From Candidatus Nanosynbacter sp. BB002 (GTDB lineage Bacteria; Patescibacteriota; Saccharimonadia; Saccharimonadales; Saccharimonadaceae): DNA of 32,000 bases. This document shows positions 7,318 to 14,534 of this stretch, one piece after another. Each line of letters opens with the position of its first letter. Positions within the stretch are counted from its first letter, which is position 1. The notes under the pieces were generated by a model. It worked only from the letters and a program-made list of their open reading frames with translations. It did not search any database and had not been told where the DNA came from. The stretch covers positions 300,001 to 332,000 of the forward strand of contig NZ_CP146064.1 of NCBI RefSeq assembly GCF_037013405.1. Reading direction: 5' to 3'. A program made the position numbers and the translations under genes.

Positions 7318-8391
7318 ATGAAACATCTCTGGCGTTCACATCATCCATTTCGAATTTTTTGGTTTTCAACACTGTTGACGCTGATTTTGGGCAGCTTGAC
7401 GTTCATACACTTGGGTCTTGGTGGCCTCTGGCTATTTGCTATTTTGGTGGTGTTGGAAGTGACGTTTAGCTTTGACAACGCGGTGATTAACAGCAAAGTA
7501 TTGGCTGGTATGAGCTCGACGTGGCAAAAAGTATTTTTGACGGTTGGGATTTTTGTGGCGGTGTTTGTAGTGCGGTTTATTTTGCCAATTTTCATCGTTA
7601 TGGTGGCGAGTGGTCATGGTTTTACTGAGGTGGTCGACCTGGCTATTAATAAGCCGACTGAGTATGGTCACATCTTGCACGAGGCGTCACCAATGATTGA
7701 CGCGTTTGGTGGTGCGTTCTTGATCATGATCGGCCTGAGCTATTTCATCGATTATAACAAGCGTATCCACTGGGTCAGTCATGTTGAGCCGTGGCTGGCC
7801 AAGGCTGGGCGATTTGAAAACTTCAAAGTTTGTTTGATGTTGGCGGTGGCGACTATTTTGTATTTCACGGTGGAGCCAGCACATCAGTCGCTGATTTTGA
7901 TCTCATCTATCCTGGGGATTATGCTGCACATCGGGCTGGAATTGTTTGGATCCTTTTTCCACGAGGAAGATGCTCAATCTATCAAAATCAAGACTGGCTG
8001 GGCGGCATTTGCAAGTTTGTTGTACCTTGAAGTGTTGGACGCTAGCTTTAGTTTTGACGGTGTCATCGGTGCGTTTGCTATCACCAGTAGTGTCCTGTTG
8101 ATTGTGGCTGGGCTGGCGGCTGGCGCTGTTTGGGTACGGTCGCTGACAGTGTATCTGTTGCGCACGGGCGTACTCAGTAAATATAAGTATTTGGAAAATG
8201 GTGCACACTGGGCGATTACGGCGCTTGGTATGATGATGATTGCGAAGCTGTTTCATCTGGAGTTACCAGAATGGGCGACAGGCGGCCTGGGGTTGTTGTT
8301 TGTGAGCTTGGCGGTCGGCAGTAGTGTTTTGGAGGCACGATCTATCAGGCTGCGAGAAGCAGCAGCAAAAATCAAACGCCGAAAACGATAA
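7318..8391 (+). CDS. TerC/DUF475-family integral membrane protein
   Basis: Polytopic 357-aa ORF with a duplicated signature: LEVTFSFDNAVINS in the first half and LEVLDASFSFDGVIGA in the second. TGcTATACT (7301-7309) lies 8 nt upstream of the ATG. Confidence 0.75.
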   Translation: MKHLWRSHHPFRIFWFSTLLTLILGSLTFIHLGLGGLWLFAILVVLEVTFSFDNAVINSKVLAGMSSTWQKVFLTVGIFVAVFVVRFILPIFIVMVASGHGFTEVVDLAINKPTEYGHILHEASPMIDAFGGAFLIMIGLSYFIDYNKRIHWVSHVEPWLAKAGRFENFKVCLMLAVATILYFTVEPAHQSLILISSILGIMLHIGLELFGSFFHEEDAQSIKIKTGWAAFASLLYLEVLDASFSFDGVIGAFAITSSVLLIVAGLAAGAVWVRSLTVYLLRTGVLSKYKYLENGAHWAITALGMMMIAKLFHLELPEWATGGLGLLFVSLAVGSSVLEARSIRLREAAAKIKRRKR

Positions 8392-8396
8392 GCGTT

Positions 8397-8413
8397 TTGC
8401 AACGTTGTTGCAA
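8397..8413. terminator. Short hairpin in the 22-nt gap between convergent genes
   Basis: ttgcaac-gtt-gttgcaa, a 7-bp perfect stem with a 3-nt loop. It is AT-rich and weak. Confidence 0.3.
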
Positions 8414-8974
8414 TTAGAGTCTGACGCTTAGAGGCTCAATGCTACCATCAAGAAATGCGCTAACTAGCTTGATTGACTCAGGGATCGTCCAATCGCGGAG
8501 AATTGTTCGTTCGTCGGCGTTGAATTTACTGAGGACAAAGTCGACATCACCGATTTGCCGGCGTAGCAAGTTGTCGGTGCCGATGCGGATGTGCCAAAAC
8601 TCACTGCCAACGTGTCGATGCAGTGATTTCAAACCGTTATTGCCAGCACTTTCGCCCCCCTTGCGGACGCGAATTTTACCAAAGTCAAGCGCTGTATCGT
8701 CGTGAATAATCAGTAAATCATCAAGCGTCAGCTTATAAAAATCCATGAGCGCTCGCGCTGCGATGCCAACTTCGTTGTAGTATGTTGTCGGTTTGACGAG
8801 TAGAATCTTCTCTCCAGATATGTTCAATTCGGTAATATCAGCCGAGAATTTTGGCTTATTGCTAAATTGTGCACTTTGCTCCGCCGCTAACTGGTCGACC
8901 ACCAAAAAGCCAGCGTTATGCCGCGTGTACGTGTATTTGTCGCCAGGATTACCGAGGGCTAGAATGACTTTCAT
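8414..8974 (-). CDS. pth: Peptidyl-tRNA hydrolase
   Basis: MKVILALGNPGDKYTYTRHNAGFLVVD and the overall 186-aa length are classic Pth. TGaTATACT (8981-8989) lies 6 nt upstream of the ATG. Confidence 0.95.
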   Translation of the reverse strand: MKVILALGNPGDKYTYTRHNAGFLVVDQLAAEQSAQFSNKPKFSADITELNISGEKILLVKPTTYYNEVGIAARALMDFYKLTLDDLLIIHDDTALDFGKIRVRKGGESAGNNGLKSLHRHVGSEFWHIRIGTDNLLRRQIGDVDFVLSKFNADERTILRDWTIPESIKLVSAFLDGSIEPLSVRL

Positions 8975-9018
8975 GTCTTCAGTATATCACCTCGGACGTG
9001 ATGGCGTATAATAGCTAT

Positions 9019-9990
9019 ATGGCAAAGCGCGATGATGATTTGGAATTTAGTATCAATGCAGCGTTTGATGAGACGCGGACGATTGTTGATAAAGTACCGC
9101 TGTATCTGGTGAATGGCTCGCTGGGCGTTGGTAAGACGAGCGTGCTGGAATTCTTATTGCAACAACGTGACTTTACGGGCGCGCGAGTGATTGAAAATGA
9201 ATATGCCAACGAAAATGTCGATGGCTACCGGTTGGAGGGCTTGGCAGACATGGTGACGACCTTGGCTGGCGACTGTGTTTGCTGTGGCTCGGAGGATGCA
9301 CTGACCAAGATGCTGATGGATTTTAGTTGCTATTCCCCTGCACCAGTGTTCATCGAGGCGACGGGCGTGGCACGGACGATGAATTTGGTGGAGCGATTGA
9401 TCAGCGCTAAGATGTTTGCTAAGTACGAGCTGATGCAGAGTTTTTACGTGATCGATGCGCATGAGATTTTACGCGGTGTCGAGCCGGCGCATGAAATTGA
9501 GCTACAAGCGGCAGATGTGATTTTGGTGACCAAGGAAGATCTATTGAAGGATAATGAACGAGCTGAATACGAGGCCAAGCGCCGCGCCCTGCCCTATGCC
9601 AAGGTGCTGAGCGCCCCACACGGCCAGTTTGACCTCAGTAAAATCACCACGCCGTCGGGGCTGCTGGCATTTTTCGACCAGTATGATGGCGAGCTCGCGG
9701 TGCCGGACAATCCAACCTATAGCGTGGTTGATTTATCGGCCGTCACTGTCAGTGAAGCGGTGTTTGAAAAGCTGTGGCCAGAGCTGTTTGCGGCATATGG
9801 TCTCAGGCGGCTGAAAGGTTGTTTTATAAACGACCGTGGTGAGAGGCGGCACATTGAGGCGACGCAGTATCAAATTGAGATTCGTCATGCACGCTCAGAT
9901 GAGGCAGTAAAAATTGTGCTGATCGGTGAGCGAGCAGATGAAATTACACGCGATATTTTGCAAGCGCACATTCTCATGTATGGTGGATGA
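9019..9990 (+). CDS. COG0523/CobW-family G3E GTPase, copy 2 (paralog of 5817-6716)
   Basis: GSLGVGKTS P-loop, GDCVCCGS CxCC, EATG, TKED and a CobW_C-like end. A 23-nt stretch (9178-9200) differs at one base from 5913-5935. The start is set at ATG 9019 because TATAAT (9007-9012) lies 6 nt upstream; the longest ORF starts at 8998. Confidence 0.8.
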   Translation: MAKRDDDLEFSINAAFDETRTIVDKVPLYLVNGSLGVGKTSVLEFLLQQRDFTGARVIENEYANENVDGYRLEGLADMVTTLAGDCVCCGSEDALTKMLMDFSCYSPAPVFIEATGVARTMNLVERLISAKMFAKYELMQSFYVIDAHEILRGVEPAHEIELQAADVILVTKEDLLKDNERAEYEAKRRALPYAKVLSAPHGQFDLSKITTPSGLLAFFDQYDGELAVPDNPTYSVVDLSAVTVSEAVFEKLWPELFAAYGLRRLKGCFINDRGERRHIEATQYQIEIRHARSDEAVKIVLIGERADEITRDILQAHILMYGG

Positions 9991-10644
9991 TTAGCTTTTT
10001 CCTGCGGTGTCTGGGCTATCGACAGTGATGGTTTGGTATGATTTACCTTTTTTTGTTTTATCTATCTCAGCAGGCTTCACAGTAAGAGTAAAACCTTCCT
10101 GTAGTTCGGAAAATGGTCCAAGTAATCCGTAGGCTGCAACCTCTCCAACTGCTCGCATGAAGTTCTCGGCAGCTTGTTCTCGTTCAGCTAGTTCTGCTGG
10201 ACTTTCACCTGCTACTCCTGGTATCTCAACACCAGTAATAACTTCACTAAAGTTGGGGTACTCGGCGTCACCTGGCTCTGCTGTCACAGACATGCTTGCA
10301 CTTGTGCAACCAGTAGCTTTGGGCATGTCAAAGATGGATGATTTTTTACCAGCACGGTCAAGTAGTGGTTGGTGGTTACCAGTGTCTCCAGCAATGAGAG
10401 TAACTCCTACTATAGTCTCCTCACTCGTTGTGTTTTCGTCATATTGCGGTAGTACTTGGATATCATCGACTGAGCCGATACGCATGGAATATTCGTCTGC
10501 CTTTTTGCTAAAAAAAGATTTAACGGTGACCTCAAAGATAGTATGCTTAGGGTCTATGGTATCAATAGGTGGCGTTTGATCGGGGCGTACAATGGTATGA
10601 GAGGTTGCCTGTTCAGAGTGTGTAGAGTTTGTCAAGTTTTCCAT
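9991..10644 (-). CDS. Hypothetical acidic protein with no recognisable domain or signal peptide
   Basis: ORF with TGgTATAAT (10654-10662) 9 nt upstream of ATG 10644 (MENLTNSTH...). The longer ORF to 10710 would start upstream of its own -10 box. G+C is lower than in the neighbours. Confidence 0.55.
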   Translation of the reverse strand: MENLTNSTHSEQATSHTIVRPDQTPPIDTIDPKHTIFEVTVKSFFSKKADEYSMRIGSVDDIQVLPQYDENTTSEETIVGVTLIAGDTGNHQPLLDRAGKKSSIFDMPKATGCTSASMSVTAEPGDAEYPNFSEVITGVEIPGVAGESPAELAEREQAAENFMRAVGEVAAYGLLGPFSELQEGFTLTVKPAEIDKTKKGKSYQTITVDSPDTAGKS

Positions 10645-10747
10645 ATATGTTGTATTATACCACAACAGCTCATATTTGTAAATAGTGTATTGATCATGAA
10701 AATAGCCCACCCAAAGAGGCTTAAGCCGAGGTGTGAATTATCAAAGG

Positions 10748-12181
10748 CTATATGCCCTTTTCGGCGTTTTTGGCTTGTTTGTAGGCTTTGGTGACGGGCG
10801 CCAGGCCGCGGGCGACGCGTTCGCGGTTGGCTTTGAGCTGCTTTTCGTCGCGGAAGGATAGTTTAATGGGCGTGCCGGCAAAGTTGAAGGCTTCACGCAG
10901 GGTGCGCTCCAAGTAGCGTTTATAGCTCCAGTGGACGAATTTGAGGTTGCTGCCGTAGATGACGAACCATGGCGGGGCCGTATCGGTCTGGACGATGTAG
11001 CGGAGTTTTGGATGCGAGTTCTTTAGGCCGGCTGGTGGATGAGCGGCGACGGCTTTTTGCAAGAGGTCGTTGAGGATGCGGGTTTTACACTCTTGGTGGC
11101 GGCGCTTGTAAATGTCGAGGGCTAGGTCGAACAATTTGGCGACGTTTTGGCCAGTGACTGATGAGGTGAAGATCAGTGGCGCGTAGGGTGTGAATTTAAA
11201 ATGATAACTAATTTGCGGTGCTAGCTCGTCGTGGGTGTAGGCGTCTTTGCCTTCGACGGAGTCCCATTTGCTGACGACTAGGACGAGCCCCTTGCCTGCT
11301 TCATCGATGATGCCCGCCAGTCGTTGGTCTAGCCCAACGTTTAATTCATTGACGTCCATCAGCAGAAAACAGATGTCGGCTTCGTTGATGGCTTGCATGG
11401 TGCGCAGGACCGAGAACTTTTCGATGCCGGTCTCTTGCTTGCCTTGGCGGCGAATGCCGGCGGTGTCGAGTAGCTCGATGGTCTGGCCATGGTAGCGGAC
11501 TTGGACACGGTTGACGTCGCGGGTGGTGCCGGCGACATTGGCGACGATGGCTTGCTGCTTGCCTGCTAGGGTGTTGAACAGGTTGCTTTTGCCGACATTT
11601 GGCCGGCCGATGAGGGCGACGCGAATGATGTCGTCAGCTTCGGTTTGAGTGGCTGGCGGGATGAGATCGGCAATGTCGTCGAGCAGCTCGGAGATGCCGA
11701 TGTTGTGCTCGGCAGAGGTTTTGATGATGGTTTTGATGCCGAGACGCTTGAATTCGTCGGTGTGGAGCGAGCCTTTGAGGTCGGCTTTGTTGGCGATGAG
11801 GAGGACGGGCTTGCCACTTTTGAGGGCTTTTTTAGCCAGTTGGCGATCGGCATCTGATGGATAGACGGTGGAATCGACCACGACGAGGATGACGTCGGCC
11901 GCGGCAGAGGCATCAGCGATTTGGTCTTGGATGGTGGCTTCGAATTCGTCTTCGGCGGGCTTGAGGCCGGCGGTGTCGATGAGCCAGAACTCAGCCTGGC
12001 TTGCCTCGTCAGGAGATGAGGCGCGGCGCTTATACGAAACTTTGCCAACAACGTTGTCGCGGGTGGTGCCGGCTTCGCGGGCGACGATGGCGGTGCGGGC
12101 GCGCGTCAAGCGATTGAACAATGAACTTTTGCCAACGTTAGCTTGGCCGATGATGGCGACGGTGGGTAATTTATGAGACAT
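10748..12181 (-). CDS. der: Ribosome-assembly GTPase Der/EngA
   Basis: Two tandem G domains (GQANVGKSSLFN and GRPNVGKSNLFN, each with DTAG and NKxD/SKWD motifs) plus a KH-like C-terminus. TGgTATAAT (12192-12200) lies 10 nt upstream of the ATG. Confidence 0.95.
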   Translation of the reverse strand: MSHKLPTVAIIGQANVGKSSLFNRLTRARTAIVAREAGTTRDNVVGKVSYKRRASSPDEASQAEFWLIDTAGLKPAEDEFEATIQDQIADASAAADVILVVVDSTVYPSDADRQLAKKALKSGKPVLLIANKADLKGSLHTDEFKRLGIKTIIKTSAEHNIGISELLDDIADLIPPATQTEADDIIRVALIGRPNVGKSNLFNTLAGKQQAIVANVAGTTRDVNRVQVRYHGQTIELLDTAGIRRQGKQETGIEKFSVLRTMQAINEADICFLLMDVNELNVGLDQRLAGIIDEAGKGLVLVVSKWDSVEGKDAYTHDELAPQISYHFKFTPYAPLIFTSSVTGQNVAKLFDLALDIYKRRHQECKTRILNDLLQKAVAAHPPAGLKNSHPKLRYIVQTDTAPPWFVIYGSNLKFVHWSYKRYLERTLREAFNFAGTPIKLSFRDEKQLKANRERVARGLAPVTKAYKQAKNAEKGI

Positions 12182-12250
12182 AATTACGCCTATTATACCA
12201 GAGGCGCGGCGATTTGGCGAGGATAAGCGGTATGCGAAATGGGGCTAGCC

Positions 12251-12679
12251 TTAGCCTGCCGGAGTGGGTGTTGCCGTAGCAACTGGTGTTGGGCTACTTT
12301 CTGGTGCTTGTGAAGCGGTGCATTCGGGACTGTTAGGAACTGCTGTAATGCCGCCTTGCCCGTTGTAGCTGTAATATTTGTATAGTAGCGTGGTACCATC
12401 ACAACCTTTCTCTACGGATGATATTGCACGCTTGCAGTCAGGTTCATCAAGACAGTTCTGGTCAACAGTCTGCCAATCGATATTGGACTGGTTGGTTGAG
12501 TCTAGCTCCGAGCTGATTGTAGATCCTTCTGTAGTTGCCGTTGGTGCTGTTTCTGTTATTGGCGCACCACAGCCTGATAAAGCCAGTGCAGCGCTGGCTA
12601 CTGTGCCGAGCACGACTCCTACTTTTTTCTGCAATGACTCGACATTAGTTTCGATTGAAAATCTGTTACCTTCTCGCAT
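12251..12679 (-). CDS. Small secreted lipoprotein (unknown function)
   Basis: Signal peptide ending in the lipobox LALSGC, four further Cys in the mature part, and GGAGG 6 nt upstream of the ATG. Confidence 0.65.
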   Translation of the reverse strand: MREGNRFSIETNVESLQKKVGVVLGTVASAALALSGCGAPITETAPTATTEGSTISSELDSTNQSNIDWQTVDQNCLDEPDCKRAISSVEKGCDGTTLLYKYYSYNGQGGITAVPNSPECTASQAPESSPTPVATATPTPAG

Positions 12680-12713
12680 GGTATGTCCTCCTAATATCTA
12701 TACGATATACCAA

Positions 12714-13430
12714 TTATTGATCTGCTGTCAAATTACTTTCTTGGAATTCCCCGCGTTTGATGTTACCAAGGGTGTAATTGCCAAAGTCTGTGCGATGGAG
12801 TTTGGTGACGGTGTAGCCGAGAGCGGCAAAGGTGCGGCGGATTTGGCGGTTGCGGCCTTCGCTCATCTGGACGATCCAGCGGTGGTTGTCGCCGTCGTGC
12901 TGGCGTTCCAGTGTCAAGCGACTGGGCCCGTCAGGTAGTTGCACGCCAAAGTCATTGATCATTTGCCGGTGGAGCGGCTGCAGCGGCTGGTCGAGCGTCA
13001 CGAGATAGCGCTTGATTTTATAAAACGATGGGTGTGTCATTTGATGGGCAAAATCCCCGTCGTTGGTGAGGAGGATGAGCCCAGAACTGTCTTTGTCGAG
13101 GCGACCGACGGGCTTGAGGTGATGGAGGTCTTTCGGTAATAATTCGTAAATAGTCGGTACGCCGCCCTGCGAGGCGCGCGAACAGAGGTAACCGACAGGT
13201 TTATGGAGGAGGATGAGTTGGTGGGTTTGAGCGGTGAGTGGTTTGTTGTCGTAGCGAATGATGTCGGCTGTGGTGATGCGTTGGCCGAGCTGGGCGGGCT
13301 GGTCGTTCACGGTGACCGTGCCCTGCTCAATCAGCTCGTCAGCCTGGCGGCGCGATACACCAAGCGCCAGCGCCACGAATTTGTTGAGGCGCTGAGTGGG
13401 TTCATGAGTCGGTGTGGTATTGTCTGGCAT
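12714..13430 (-). CDS. rRNA pseudouridine synthase, RsuA/RluB family
   Basis: N-terminal S4-like domain (RLNKFVALALGVSRRQADELI) and the catalytic motif GRLDKDSSGLILLTNDG. Confidence 0.9.
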   Translation of the reverse strand: MPDNTTPTHEPTQRLNKFVALALGVSRRQADELIEQGTVTVNDQPAQLGQRITTADIIRYDNKPLTAQTHQLILLHKPVGYLCSRASQGGVPTIYELLPKDLHHLKPVGRLDKDSSGLILLTNDGDFAHQMTHPSFYKIKRYLVTLDQPLQPLHRQMINDFGVQLPDGPSRLTLERQHDGDNHRWIVQMSEGRNRQIRRTFAALGYTVTKLHRTDFGNYTLGNIKRGEFQESNLTADQ

Positions 13431-14480
13431 TTATGCTTGTGGTTGTGCTGGTGGAGGAGTTTGCGGCGGTTGTGGCGGCTGAGACGGAAGCGGATGCAGG
13501 ACTGGAGCTGGTGGCGTATGAATCGGCGCAGCGTTTGTTGGCGCTTGCGGAGCTGGACTGATTACCGGTGCTGCTGGAATGGTTGGAGCTGGCTGCTCTG
13601 GAGCGGTGATGCTTTGTAGGTTCTGTGGAGTTTGAGGCGCTGGTGTCGTCACGGGAATGTGAGTAGGCTCTGCTGGAGTTTCAAGAGCTGGGACAGCTGT
13701 CAACGTTGGAATGGTCTCTTCTGGAGTTTTATCAGTTTGCGGAGCTGGTGCTGTTTCCTCTGGAGTGTTGTCAGGTGTGGCTGACTGTGGTTTAAGATTT
13801 GGAATACCCTCTAATTCTTGTTCCATGAGTTTGGCAACATCTTCTGTCGGTGTCAGGCTGGCACCTTCAAGCGGGCGGATGACACGTTCACCCAGGTTGG
13901 CAGGACGTGGCGCCGAAGATGAGAAAGGCGCAGTTGGTTGTGGCAAGGTAGCTGGCGCTGGTGCGGCAGCTTGCAATGTTGGCTGCGGTGACAATGCTGA
14001 GACATCAGGTCGGACCGGCGGCATTTGCGGTGACTGTGGCATAGCTGGCGCTGGCTGAGGTGCTGCTGGCTGTGCGGCTGGTTGTGGTTGCGGCGCTGGC
14101 GTAAGTCCCGGAACATCACCCAAAACTTCGTGGACGGTGCGTACGACGTCTTCGATACCGACTTGGGATTTCACAAGGTATCGGTCAGCTCCTAGCTGTT
14201 CGCCGCGGGCTCGTTGGTCTTCTGAAGACAAAGCAGTCATGATGATCACTTTGATGTCTTTGGTTTCGGTGGCAGAACGCAAAATGTCCAGCATGTCAAA
14301 GCCAGAAATTTTCGGCATCATCACGTCACTCAGGATGAGCGCTGGGCGTTCTTTGATGGCCATGGCGAGCGCTTCTTCGCCATCACCTGCGGACACGATG
14401 TCGTATCCCTCTGCTAATAATCGTACGCCATAGATTTCGCGTAAACTTTTGTCATCTTCAACGAGTAAAATTTTTGTCAT
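13431..14480 (-). CDS. Response regulator: receiver domain fused to a ~230-aa Pro/Gln-rich low-complexity tail, with no DNA-binding domain
   Basis: REC domain MTKILLVEDD...SDVMMPKISGFD...KVIIMTAL...YLVKS, followed by PAPQPQP-type sequence to the stop. One non-repetitive island, ANLGERVIRPLEGASLTPTEDVAKLMEQELEGIPNL, interrupts the tail. Confidence 0.85.
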   Translation of the reverse strand: MTKILLVEDDKSLREIYGVRLLAEGYDIVSAGDGEEALAMAIKERPALILSDVMMPKISGFDMLDILRSATETKDIKVIIMTALSSEDQRARGEQLGADRYLVKSQVGIEDVVRTVHEVLGDVPGLTPAPQPQPAAQPAAPQPAPAMPQSPQMPPVRPDVSALSPQPTLQAAAPAPATLPQPTAPFSSSAPRPANLGERVIRPLEGASLTPTEDVAKLMEQELEGIPNLKPQSATPDNTPEETAPAPQTDKTPEETIPTLTAVPALETPAEPTHIPVTTPAPQTPQNLQSITAPEQPAPTIPAAPVISPAPQAPTNAAPIHTPPAPVLHPLPSQPPQPPQTPPPAQPQA

Positions 14481-14534
14481 ATCTACTACCTACTATACGA
14501 TATTATTATTAAAATTGCTATCATTCTTATGCTT

